From the NCBI GenBank assembly GCA_964594835.1, contig CAZQNA010000002.1, positions 177,800-241,799 on the forward strand: a DNA stretch of 64,000 bases. The letters are read 5' to 3'. The DNA is from an uncultured Nitrososphaerota archaeon (GTDB taxonomy: Archaea; Korarchaeota; Korarchaeia; Korarchaeales; Korarchaeaceae). The notes under the pieces were generated by a model. That model did not search any database, was not told where the DNA came from, and saw only the letters and a program-made list of their open reading frames with translations. Made by a program: the position numbers and the translations under genes. Of the stretch, positions 46,547 through 56,265 are shown one piece after another; position 1 is the stretch's first letter, and every line of letters begins with the position of its first letter.

Positions 46547-48334
46547 TCAGAAGTCCATGGCCTCGTAGATCTCCCTTGGGAGTCCGGGGCAGTTCCTGTC
46601 GAGGTAGTACTTGCTGACCTCGATCTGAGCCCTCAGCAGCCTCTCGAACTCCCCCCTGTCCAGATAGGTGGTCGGATCAAGCTGCCTCAGCCTCTCCCTG
46701 CTTATCCCAGGGACCTCATCCGGGACGAGGACCCTCTCGCCCCAGACCGGATGGGGCCTGTACCTGACGGCCCCCCTGGCCGCCTGCAGGATGAAGAGCT
46801 CCGTCTCCTCGATGGTGGGCCTCTCCCCACCGACGGCCTTGGGGATGCCGTTCTTCTCTACGAGGACGGGCTCCGGCGCCTCGATGACCCTGTCCCCCAG
46901 CTTCACCTCGGTCCACCTGTACTCGGCGATTATCCTGCCGGTGTTGTTGAACAGGTAGACCTCTATCGGGTCGCCGCTCTCGATCCTCTTCTTCAGGAAC
47001 TCGTAGAACCTGACGACGTGGGCCGTGTTCGGGACGCCCATGGTGAAGGGCTGGGCGAACCTCGCCACGTACCTGACCCTCCCCACGACCTCCCTGGCCT
47101 GGGCCGGGTGGCCTATGGTCCTGCCGTCGGCCAGCACCTTCGCGGCCAGGGCCGGGTCCTCTATCTTCACCCAAGCCCAGTCGGTGAAGTAGCCGGGGCT
47201 CAGGAAGATGGCGAAGTTGAGGGGCCCCGACGACTCCACGTCCCCGTCGAAGTAGCCGGTGTCCTCGAGCCTGAGCACGGACCTGGAGTTCCTGTTTGGG
47301 ACCCCGAAGTACTGGAAGAGCTTCCCCTCGAAGCAGGGGTTGCCGCTCTCGTCGAACTCCGTGTTCTCGTGCAGGGCGTGCGGACTAGTGGCGGCCCGCC
47401 ACATGGCCTCCTGCTCAGGCGCGAGGTCCTCTGTCTTGGTCCAGGAGCCCCTCTCGGAGCCGATGACCGTGTCCTCGAATATGGCGATTATGTCGTCGTT
47501 CTTGATCACCTGATCCCTGACGTAGTCCAGCGGGTTGATCCCGAACTCCCTCTCGTAGATCAGGGCGTTGTTTGGGGTCCAGACGTAGAGCCCGTGCGTC
47601 GACTTGCCCGTCCCGGTGAGGCCCCAGACGGCCATCACCACGCGCCTCCACTCGCCCCCCGCGGTCCTGACGGTGAACTCCCTCAGCGAGGCGTGCTCGC
47701 CCGTCCCGCCGCGCTTGTACACGTGGTAGATCCAGTGGGTGAGCACCGCCTTCTTCAGCTCTCCCTGGTAGGAGGACACCGTTATGATGGTGAAGTTGTG
47801 GTGCGGGAACCTCATCACCATGAGCATCCTGTCCGTCCCGGGGACGCTTGGGTTCCCCAGGTAGTGCGGGATGTGGAAGATCTCGACGTCGGGCTCCTCG
47901 TCCGGCGGGGCGTCGAAGACCAGCTGCTTCCACCTGTACGCCAGGTCGGGAAACTGCGGGTCGACGTAGGCCCGGGCGTGCATCTGAGCCCTGGTCCCGG
48001 GCTTGCCCACGTAGCCGTCGACCTTGATCAGGGGCCCCTGGGCGAGGATGTGCTCAAGGACCCTCAGCAGGAGGAGCCTGTGCTCGGTCTTCAGCTCGTC
48101 GTCGCTCTCTATGACGACGGTGTTCTTGGCGGACCTGCTCCAGATGTTAGACGCCCAGTTCCAGGACCCGTTCCTGAACCTCGTCCCGTAGAGCTGGGCC
48201 CTCTGTAGGAGATCCGGGGGATTGTCAAGTATCGGGGTGATTCCGGCCCTCTTTTTGACCTTAAGAATTCTCTGGAACGACTCCTTAAAACTCTTAGGGG
48301 TTATCTCTTCTAATGGGGGAATAATACTCTCCAT
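46547..48334 (-). CDS. pckA: Phosphoenolpyruvate carboxykinase (ATP-type)
   Basis: SYQGELKK, GEHA, GLTGTGKSTH P-loop, KNDD, ENT and NRNSR. Confidence 0.88.
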   Translation of the reverse strand: MESIIPPLEEITPKSFKESFQRILKVKKRAGITPILDNPPDLLQRAQLYGTRFRNGSWNWASNIWSRSAKNTVVIESDDELKTEHRLLLLRVLEHILAQGPLIKVDGYVGKPGTRAQMHARAYVDPQFPDLAYRWKQLVFDAPPDEEPDVEIFHIPHYLGNPSVPGTDRMLMVMRFPHHNFTIITVSSYQGELKKAVLTHWIYHVYKRGGTGEHASLREFTVRTAGGEWRRVVMAVWGLTGTGKSTHGLYVWTPNNALIYEREFGINPLDYVRDQVIKNDDIIAIFEDTVIGSERGSWTKTEDLAPEQEAMWRAATSPHALHENTEFDESGNPCFEGKLFQYFGVPNRNSRSVLRLEDTGYFDGDVESSGPLNFAIFLSPGYFTDWAWVKIEDPALAAKVLADGRTIGHPAQAREVVGRVRYVARFAQPFTMGVPNTAHVVRFYEFLKKRIESGDPIEVYLFNNTGRIIAEYRWTEVKLGDRVIEAPEPVLVEKNGIPKAVGGERPTIEETELFILQAARGAVRYRPHPVWGERVLVPDEVPGISRERLRQLDPTTYLDRGEFERLLRAQIEVSKYYLDRNCPGLPREIYEAMDF

Positions 48335-48556
48335 AAGCCTTACCTCCCGCTCACCGGAAGCGGTCGTTTAAAACGAACATGCTCAGGCCCGGGTAAGTTC
48401 CCCGGGTAGTATGAATGGCTTTAGCATAAATTGAGGAAACCATATATCTATCTAAGCCTCATTTTGCTAAATTTTTTGGGGCATTGTCCTATCTCCCCAG
48501 ATTTTTGTTGAATTACTTCGGAATTTGATGGACTATAGGCCGTTTGCCGAGATTAG

Positions 48557-49111
48557 CTAGTTATAGTATAGAGAGAGAGCGGCGACTTTCAGATAGTAAA
48601 GTCGTGTTCTTAATAGATTTACGATGATTCCACAAAATAGTTCTCTGATTTTGGGGATAAGGTCAAAAGCGGCGAACACACTTGGAAAGAATGTGAATAA
48701 GGCCGAAATAAGAAGCAGTCGTTTATCTGCTACTCCCAGATTGTATAAAGTTATGCTAATATTATTTACAAAATACGAATATAAGATTACAATAAATCCG
48801 ATAATGGTGTTTAAATAGAATCTGAACCATTCTCCAAAGACTCTGTAGATATCGGGCTCACTTATCTCCAGACTTACCTTCTTCATCAATCTGTAGGATT
48901 TAATAATTATGTAAACCATCATCGGTATGAATATCTGGAGTCTGAACATCTCAGCTATCCCGTTAGTTGTTGCATTGGATGGCTTTTCAAATATATGCTT
49001 TAAGGTAACAAGTAATATTGAAAGGGTAGAGCCAGTAATTAATCTTAAGGAATTTCTCTCATATCTCGCAATAAACCCACGAGCTTCCTCCTGTGTTAGC
49101 CAAAGTGTCAT
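48557..49111 (-). CDS. Hypothetical four-TM membrane protein (AT-rich island)
   Basis: Four hydrophobic segments; start directly abuts the upstream stop codon. Confidence 0.7.
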   Translation of the reverse strand: MTLWLTQEEARGFIARYERNSLRLITGSTLSILLVTLKHIFEKPSNATTNGIAEMFRLQIFIPMMVYIIIKSYRLMKKVSLEISEPDIYRVFGEWFRFYLNTIIGFIVILYSYFVNNISITLYNLGVADKRLLLISALFTFFPSVFAAFDLIPKIRELFCGIIVNLLRTRLYYLKVAALSLYYN

Positions 49112-50458
49112 TTATCCTCCCCGTGCCCTACTAACTAGAGCTTCCCTGAACGCATCCTCTTGCTTGAAGGTCTTAACTAAAATCTTTCGTCCCCATCTTG
49201 TTCTGATTAATATAGTCGGATCATCAATGACGCACTCCCCCACTCTTTTAGCTACCTCGATGCAAATTCTCTTAGTAAATTCCTCCTTAAACTCCAGTAA
49301 ATACATAGAATTTCTCTCGAAAAGTGGATTCATGGTGACTAAATATCCTAAGGCAAGCTTCGTGGCCAAAGCTGATTTTCCACCAATTCCACTTACCGCG
49401 AGCACAGGAATATTCTTCTTTCTACGGGTACTTACTCCAAGCAAATCACCTGGAACATCAAAGTTAAGGACTAGAGCTGCAGTAGGTTCGACTCCTCTTC
49501 TGAACAATTTTGTACCTTCGCTGGTCCAAACTGCTGTTGATACTAGGGAAGAGCTATCAAATGCCGCAAAGGGATATCCCTTTTCTTCGCACTCTTCAAT
49601 AAGCCTTTCGTCCCAGGCATTAGCTAAGTCATACAAGATCCTTGATCTTACATCAAGCTTTCTACTCAAAGACACCAAGTATTGAAGAAAGTTATTGCAC
49701 TCTAAGCTACCTAATGTCAAGATAAGGATATCATCGATAATGTCCCCTCCGTTTATTAGCCTTAAGATGCTTGGGAATTTACTGAAATCCGAAATAATTC
49801 TGTACATTATCTCTCTGAATACTAGCCATCCGTCCCTAGTTTCAAAGACAGGCGCCCGACTTGAACCTTCTAATATACTTTTTTGATTATATACATTTAT
49901 TTTTATTAGAGCCTCCTCACCTTCCTGAGCAACTCTGAAGGTTCTGGCATTGGATATAGTATAGAGAAGAAACTCATCCAGCCCCTGGTGTTTCCTTGGG
50001 GTGCCCTCTATTCCCGACACTTCGGCTACAACTTCGTTTCGCATACCTACATCCTCGGATAAAAATCTTTCATAATTATACAGAACTTTGCTTATTAATT
50101 TAAATCCTCGAGCGCTTGATCTTAGTAGGCTTGCCATTTTATCGGTTCGAGAGAATCTTTTATTGCCTGCGAACTCGTCTCTAACAGATATCTCTAGACC
50201 AATTACGCATAAATTTCTCGCAAAAGGCGAGTCACAGTAAATCGGATAGATTTCATAAGGCACGCGGCGGAAGAATAACATGGATACTGCTTGGGTATCT
50301 GATGGGTGAGCCGGAAGCACCTCTACGCTCGTATTGAAACTAAAGTGATTCCTGCCCTTTATAATCTCAATGAGGGTCTTTTTGTCGATTGCTGTACCGA
50401 CGACTACTACAATCCTTTTACTATCATACAGTGGATAGAATAATGACATAGTTATCAC
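49112..50458 (-). CDS. Hypothetical soluble alpha/beta protein (AT-rich island)
   Basis: 448-aa ORF in AT-rich DNA; IVVVVG..HPSD..NLCVIG and ILTLGSLECN..VLAVSG segments; no signal peptide. Confidence 0.75.
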   Translation of the reverse strand: MITMSLFYPLYDSKRIVVVVGTAIDKKTLIEIIKGRNHFSFNTSVEVLPAHPSDTQAVSMLFFRRVPYEIYPIYCDSPFARNLCVIGLEISVRDEFAGNKRFSRTDKMASLLRSSARGFKLISKVLYNYERFLSEDVGMRNEVVAEVSGIEGTPRKHQGLDEFLLYTISNARTFRVAQEGEEALIKINVYNQKSILEGSSRAPVFETRDGWLVFREIMYRIISDFSKFPSILRLINGGDIIDDILILTLGSLECNNFLQYLVSLSRKLDVRSRILYDLANAWDERLIEECEEKGYPFAAFDSSSLVSTAVWTSEGTKLFRRGVEPTAALVLNFDVPGDLLGVSTRRKKNIPVLAVSGIGGKSALATKLALGYLVTMNPLFERNSMYLLEFKEEFTKRICIEVAKRVGECVIDDPTILIRTRWGRKILVKTFKQEDAFREALVSRARGG

Positions 50459-51251
50459 CCAGTGTTAGAAAGCAATTTATATCCTTCAATCCTGAGTTTT
50501 CTTATCGTTTTTCTCGATCCAATATCCACCCAGCTCTTCAGTCTGCTATAGATGCTCATCCTCGGCTTTATTATATTGAAGGATTTTTGAAGGAAATCTC
50601 TACCAATATCCCCACCGTTGAAGAAAAATTTTGCCAAAATTCTTTCGTCTATAATCATTACCCCACCCCACACAAACCTGTCCCGACGAATATATTCGAG
50701 TGCATTAAGGTTTGGTTTCTCGATAAAGATAGCGTCCCTTAAGTCATAGGGATCTTTCGTGAACATTACCCCAAATCTGGAGAGGGATTCCTCGATAAGG
50801 AACTTTCCGGGGTCAACACCCAATATTGTAACACTTATTTCCGAATTTAGGGAACTCTGTATCAATCCCTCCAAATCAACTCCGATAATGATTATGTCGC
50901 CATACATGATTAGTATCTTCCTGCTGTCAGCTGGAGAGGATTTTCTTACGTACTCGTATGTCTTTAGTACTGCCCCCATAGTTCCTAACCTTTCCGATGG
51001 ATGGGCCCACACTGGAACGTAGTGTTCATAGGCATAAAAGCCAGCTCGTTTTAGAGTTTTTACTACGTCTTTCCACCTATATCCAAGTATAACGATTTTT
51101 TTTTAGCATGAATTTCATTTAACTTTCTCATGGCCCTAACCACAGGGGGGCCTCCATCGATAGGAAGAGCACATTTTTGGGCACTATTCGTTAAAGGCTT
51201 TAGCCTTTTACCGTATCCTCCAGCTAGAACTAAGCCAACTACCTCCGTCAT
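50455..51251 (-). CDS. Sugar-phosphate nucleotidyltransferase, frameshifted at an A9 tract (51096-51104)
   Basis: VLAGGYGKRLKPLT...K in the 5' ORF; after the frame change KIVILGY, LGTMGAV, MYGD, FIEKP, DIGRD and WVDIGS. Confidence 0.85.
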
Positions 51252-51375
51252 AAGCGCTCGAAAGGTGGATGAGGGGGTGAAACGGATAAGCTTTCTCGAG
51301 CATGTAGATATCCATTGACTCTGTTTTAATAGCAGAATTACGAGGAGATATTCAGGCTTTTCGCTATCTTGTTTA

Positions 51376-52368
51376 CTAACTACTCAATAACGGAAAGAAC
51401 CAATCTTCTTTAAAAACTATGTCTGCATAGTTCTGAGGACTGGCAAATATATTTAAATCAGAGGGCTCTAATTTTGCTTTCCAAACTGGAACGTCCCAGG
51501 GAGTAATTCCATTAAATAGAAAAAGATTTTTCCCAAAAACGTGGTAAAAAGCAGGTAAAGCAGAGACATCATAAATTTTAAGGGTAGCCCCTTTACCTTC
51601 GCCAAACCTAACTAGGGACGCCCTAAAGTCTAGGTACGCGTTCTGCTTGGCCAGAGAATCGATAAGTGCTAATGAAGTCGGCGCGATTGACTCGATCGAG
51701 ATTCCGAGTCCAGCCAATGTTAATTTATTGATTATTTTACGTGCTGTTTTTGATAAATACCAACACGGAAACCCTTGGAATCCTAAAACTATAGCGGACG
51801 GGCTATTTCTGTTTGATTGGGAAAAGCCCACCTTTGAAATTTTTCGCGCAGATCTTAGCGGTACTAGATGATCTTTAGAGACGCGGATGATGAGGTAATC
51901 TTCTTTCGTTCTGTGATCGAAAATGCCATAAAGTTTGAAGTCATTCAGTTTAACTGATAGAGCTTTTTGCTGGGGAACTATTCCCAGAGATACTACTGTC
52001 GCAGACTGTGGTCCCCTTCCAACGAGTGTTTTATATGCTGGCCAAGTTAGGGAGGCAGAGGCTAATTCGCGGGACCCGTCAATCGGATCAATTAGGCCTA
52101 CTACGACGGGGTCCCCTGAAATAATTAAGCGAGTAGACTCTATAACTGCATAAGCACCAAGGTTATGTCTCCTTGAAAAAGAAGAAATGAGCCTTCTGAT
52201 CTCTTTTTCTAACTTTCTATCAAACCCATATTCGACGTGACCACCTGCTTTGGACAAAATCTTTTTGTGAGAACCATAATTAAGGACTTCGCTGACGACT
52301 CTACGACACAAAAGTGTAATTTTATCATATAACGTTATGAGTAACTCAGCTTTATCCATTCCACCCAA
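51376..52368 (-). CDS. Divergent inositol monophosphatase/FBPase (FIG) superfamily phosphatase
   Basis: FDRKLE, VIES, LIDPIDGSRE, AYLDFR and KIYDVSA. Confidence 0.75.
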   Translation of the reverse strand: MGGMDKAELLITLYDKITLLCRRVVSEVLNYGSHKKILSKAGGHVEYGFDRKLEKEIRRLISSFSRRHNLGAYAVIESTRLIISGDPVVVGLIDPIDGSRELASASLTWPAYKTLVGRGPQSATVVSLGIVPQQKALSVKLNDFKLYGIFDHRTKEDYLIIRVSKDHLVPLRSARKISKVGFSQSNRNSPSAIVLGFQGFPCWYLSKTARKIINKLTLAGLGISIESIAPTSLALIDSLAKQNAYLDFRASLVRFGEGKGATLKIYDVSALPAFYHVFGKNLFLFNGITPWDVPVWKAKLEPSDLNIFASPQNYADIVFKEDWFFPLLSS

Positions 52369-52443
52369 TGATTGTGTGGACCCATATAATCGTAAGCGTT
52401 ACTAAACTGGTCTTCACAGAAGAGTTAGAGGGAGATCGAATGG

Positions 52444-52797
52444 TTACGTCGCTTTCTCCACTTTGGCCCTCCAGTAGGGGTCAGATATCCTCACAGTGTC
52501 GTCCTTCGGCTGCGTCGAGACCTCCAGCACCTCGCTGTCCTCCAGGGGCACGAGCCTGTGCTCGACCCCCGGCTCGATGGTTATGCCCTCGCCCGGCGAG
52601 AGCTCGTACTCCCCCTCCGACGTCTCGACCCTGAGACGGCCCGAGACCACGTAGAGGGACTCCTTCTTCATTGGATGGACGTGGAGGCTCGTCGGCCTGC
52701 CTTCCCTCATCTCCAGGATCTTGGCGGCGTACTCCGGCTCGTCGGCGACCAGCACCTCTCTGCCCCAGGGCTTCCTGACGGACCTCCCCCTCATCAA
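52444..52797 (-). CDS. Cupin (mannose-6-phosphate isomerase type II-like)
   Basis: RKPWGRE, SLHVHPMKKES and IEPGVEHR. Confidence 0.88.
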   Translation of the reverse strand: MMRGRSVRKPWGREVLVADEPEYAAKILEMREGRPTSLHVHPMKKESLYVVSGRLRVETSEGEYELSPGEGITIEPGVEHRLVPLEDSEVLEVSTQPKDDTVRISDPYWRAKVEKAT

Positions 52798-52900
52798 CTC
52801 ACACCGGGGCCTCCCAACCTCCCCGCGGGGAGCTAAAAAGCCCGCACTACTTTCACGCCTGGAAAATATGCGGAGTTCGAACCACTCGAGTGGAGCCGGC

Positions 52901-53319
52901 TCACCAGGCCGAGCAGGACCCCCTGAACGGGCAGGACGAGCAGACGCTCAGGTCGGCCAGGAACTCGTTTGGGAGATCCTCCTCCGCCTCGAGGCTCACT
53001 CGGGGAACGAGGCGCTTTAGACCCACCGCCAGGAACCTCTCCTCCATTGGGTCCCCTCCCTCGGGGATGTGACCTGGATCCAAGAGGATCCTGCCCCCCA
53101 GGGACCTTATCGCCTCCCGAGTCGGAGACGCTCGACCCAGGCGACCTCCCCCTCCGCGATCGGCCCGGCCTCCGACTCGAGGATCACCCTCTCCCCAACC
53201 GACGGAGCGGTGGGGCCGACTGGAACCAGGACGACGTCTCTGACTCCCCGGGAGACCTCCTCCTCGGACCCTCTCGGGACCCTCAGTACCCTGCGACCGC
53301 CCTCACGCATTGCCCTCAC
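52901..53319 (-). CDS. Hypothetical (possibly ASCH/PUA-like) protein with a C-terminal CxxCx5C motif; frameshifted near 53117
   Basis: Adding one G joins ORFs 53107..53319 and 52901..53083 (…RLGEAIRSLGGRILLDPG…CSSCPFRGSC). Confidence 0.55.
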
Positions 53320-53416
53320 CCAGAAATAACTGACGTTATATTAAAGGCCCCCACCCCGGGACGGCCGGGCCGCCTGAGGTGTCCCGGTGCCCTACCGGCG
53401 ACCGGCCGACCCCCGG

Positions 53417-54265
53417 TCAGCCAGTGACCACCAGGGGCACCCTGACCTCGGGCCCCCCCTCCAGGCCCGCGAGTGAGGCCCTGATCCACACGATCCTGCC
53501 CGAGGGACCGGTCACCTTCAAGACCGCCGAGTTGACGACAGTTCCCCCCGGCGGGACCTCCCTCCTGGCGACGACCTGCGCGCATGGGGCTGCCGGGTCG
53601 TAGGAGGGGTGGGTGTAGATCACCTGCGCCCCTCCCCCCTCGGGCTCCAGGGCCACGTCGGGGTGGCAGGGCGTCTGGACCTCGTAGCTCACGGCCTCGG
53701 GTCCCCCGTTGGAGAACTCGGCCTGAATAGAGACCTCATCTCCGGGGGAGGCCCAGGGCCTCTCGATCCACACCTCCAGCGTCATGCCCCCAGAGGAGGA
53801 CGCATCGGAGAGCCCGGCCTCCCATCCGAGGAGGTAGGCCCTGGCGTAGGAGATCAGGTGGTCAAGGGCGATGATCTCGTCGGGTAGACGGCCGCCGGAC
53901 GCCCACGGGTCGACCCACCTCACGGAGACGCCGAGGTCCGGGGAGTCCAGCTCGTGAGTGAAGAAGTCGGCGGCACCCTCGGCGGGCGGGGGCCCGACCA
54001 CCCCACCCCCTCCGATCCCCCGTATGACGATCCTGAGGGCCGAGACGAGCCCCTCCGGGAGATCTCCACCCGATGACATCCCACCACTGGTGAGGACAGC
54101 CCTCCCGTCCTCGTAGACGATCATCTCCTCCCTGACGCCGGCCACCCCTCCGGACCTCGTGTACCTGAGCAGGACCCGGGGCCGCGTCCTCTCGTGGGCC
54201 CACGCAAGCGACGTCAGGAGGGCCGCCGCGACGACCGCGGCCGCGGCGAGGCGGGCGCGCCTCAT
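53417..54265 (-). CDS. Exported protein with emfourin-like and BsuPI/Ig-like domains
   Basis: Signal peptide; LRYTRSGGVAG...ADFFTHEL; second domain FSNGGPEAVSY...CAQVV. Confidence 0.55.
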   Translation of the reverse strand: MRRARLAAAAVVAAALLTSLAWAHERTRPRVLLRYTRSGGVAGVREEMIVYEDGRAVLTSGGMSSGGDLPEGLVSALRIVIRGIGGGGVVGPPPAEGAADFFTHELDSPDLGVSVRWVDPWASGGRLPDEIIALDHLISYARAYLLGWEAGLSDASSSGGMTLEVWIERPWASPGDEVSIQAEFSNGGPEAVSYEVQTPCHPDVALEPEGGGAQVIYTHPSYDPAAPCAQVVARREVPPGGTVVNSAVLKVTGPSGRIVWIRASLAGLEGGPEVRVPLVVTG

Positions 54266-54349
54266 CGACTCAACCCCGCCGCGGCAGGCGAAAAAGGTGA
54301 TCGGCGCTCGGGGGATCAACCTCATATTTTCTCAGGAGATGGTGAGAGG

Positions 54350-55333
54350 ATGCGTGGCGAGGCGGGCGCGATCCTCCTGCTTGTCCTCCTCTCGCCGTCG
54401 GTCTGGGCTACGGCGGCGCTCCCCCCACCAGGCCAGGAGGCCCCGAAATTCGAACTGTCCGCGTCGGACGACCGATCGATCGGGCCCAGCTCACTCAGGG
54501 GGAGGTACGTCCTCCTCGTGTTCTTCGCGGCCTACTGCTCCGAGTGCCGGGACAGGATCTCCGCTCTGGCGGAGTCTTGGGGTGAGTGCGAGAACTCGGA
54601 GTCCATCTCCGTCGTCCTGGTCGGGGTTGGCGGGTCTCCGGACGCTAACCTGGAGTTCGTCCGGGAGCTGGGGGTGCCGGGCTGGACCTTCGCCCAGGAC
54701 GACAGGGAGGTCTGGAAGGATTTCGGGGTCAGGGTGCTGGGCAGCTGGGTCTTCCTGGGGCCCGACTGGACCGTTCTCGCCTCAGGGGAGGGCGACGTCG
54801 ATCTGGACCTGATCTGCAGGCTGGCGTCCCCGCCGCCCCCCGCGGCGGCCTCGGGGTACTCCGTGTACAAGGGGTGGGTCGACAGGGAGGCCGCAGAGCT
54901 CGTGGCGTCCGCCCTAGGGCTCCAGACCTCGACAGTCCCCCCGGCGAGGGCCGACGTCGTGCTGGTGATCGGCGGGCCCCTGGCGAACCCCTCGGCCGCC
55001 CCCCTGCTGGAGGCGGTGAGCATGTCATTCGCCAGGACTGCCGGCGGAGTCGAGCTCAGGCTGCCCAACGGTACGGTCCTATCCGTTGGCGGCGAGGACT
55101 GGGCCAGGCACGACTTCGCCGTGGTCTTCGCCCTGGACGTGGACGGGTCGCTCTGGGTCGGGTCCATGGGGTGCACGAGGTACGGAACCAGGGCGGCAGC
55201 CCTCTGGAGCGCGGATCACCGATCGATGCTCAAGCCGGGGGTGGCCTACCTTGTGGAGTGGTCCGACCTGAACGGGGACGGAGAGGTCCAGGCCGAGGAG
55301 ATTCAGGTATCCAGCGCCTTCAACGTCTCCTGA
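54350..55333 (+). CDS. Exported TlpA/redoxin (CxxC) fused to an S-layer-C-like domain
   Basis: GQEAPKFEL, LRGRYVLLVFFAAYCSEC; tail VIGGPLANP...GCTRYGTRAAA. Confidence 0.8.
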   Translation: MRGEAGAILLLVLLSPSVWATAALPPPGQEAPKFELSASDDRSIGPSSLRGRYVLLVFFAAYCSECRDRISALAESWGECENSESISVVLVGVGGSPDANLEFVRELGVPGWTFAQDDREVWKDFGVRVLGSWVFLGPDWTVLASGEGDVDLDLICRLASPPPPAAASGYSVYKGWVDREAAELVASALGLQTSTVPPARADVVLVIGGPLANPSAAPLLEAVSMSFARTAGGVELRLPNGTVLSVGGEDWARHDFAVVFALDVDGSLWVGSMGCTRYGTRAAALWSADHRSMLKPGVAYLVEWSDLNGDGEVQAEEIQVSSAFNVS

Positions 55334-55345
55334 GACCCCCGGGGG

Positions 55346-56140
55346 TCAGTCCTCGCTCGCCAGCCAGGCCGCGGCCGCCGGCAGGGCAAGGGCGGTCCTG
55401 TCCCCGGCCTCGGCCACCTCTCCCAGGACGTAGAGCAGGACGGGGCCGCCGACCTCGAGCCCCCTGAGGAGCCTGGACGCCTCCTCCCCCACCCTGGTCT
55501 CCCTCAGCCTCTCAAGCGCCTCGCTCAGCCCTATCACGCCCCCGAACGATATCACCTCCAGGGCCAGGAACCTCCCCGTGACGGCTCCCGCGCCGACGGC
55601 CCTCCCAAGCCAGTAGACCGGGGCCGGGACCAGCTGCCTGACCTGAGGGCCTAGCCCGGCCTCCTCGAGCCCCTCGTCGATCCGCTTGTAGTACCTGAAC
55701 TCGGGCAGCTCCCTGACGACCTCCACGGCCGTGGCGGAGAGGTACTCAACGGCCTCCTCCACGCTCACCCCGTCCTTCAGCGTCCTTATCGAGTCCAGGA
55801 GCCTCCTGAAGGCCTGAGGCTTCCCCTCGATCCCCGCCTTCCCGACGAGGAGCGAGACGGCCGCGGCCCCCAGGGCGCCGGTGGGGGTGGTGAGGTCCTC
55901 TATGGCCCTCCTGATTGCCCCGAGCCCGCTCTCCACCACCTCCTCGGGGAGGGTCTCCAGCTCCTGCCTGAGCTCGGAGGCGCTGCCCTGCCCCAGGATT
56001 ACGGCGGCCTCCTCCGCGGACTCCCCCAGGAGCTGGTCGGCCGAGGGGGTCTCCCCGCTGAGCAGGATGTGGAACCCCCTCTCGAGGTTCCTCCAGTAGG
56101 CGGCCGCACCACCCAAGATCCGCTCGAAGGATTCGCTCAA
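55346..56140 (-). CDS. Hypothetical helical protein
   Basis: 264-aa ORF with host codon usage and an upstream TTATATA-like box; no motif recognised. Confidence 0.65.
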   Translation of the reverse strand: MSESFERILGGAAAYWRNLERGFHILLSGETPSADQLLGESAEEAAVILGQGSASELRQELETLPEEVVESGLGAIRRAIEDLTTPTGALGAAAVSLLVGKAGIEGKPQAFRRLLDSIRTLKDGVSVEEAVEYLSATAVEVVRELPEFRYYKRIDEGLEEAGLGPQVRQLVPAPVYWLGRAVGAGAVTGRFLALEVISFGGVIGLSEALERLRETRVGEEASRLLRGLEVGGPVLLYVLGEVAEAGDRTALALPAAAAWLASED

Positions 56141-56265
56141 CTCGCGCGAGTCCCCGGGCCGTGGATATAACGGTTGGCGCCCACCCGTGAGCGGCAGGGA
56201 TATAGCCGAGTCCCCCGGCTGCCGCCGCGCCCCGCCGACGTCAGGCGGGTCGGAGGCTGCGCGCC

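Larger units (their letters stand above)
48230..52500. other. Strongly AT-rich genomic island
   Basis: Abrupt compositional shift relative to the GC-rich flanks; edges fall inside the pckA 5' end and near the cupin 3' end. Confidence 0.85.
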
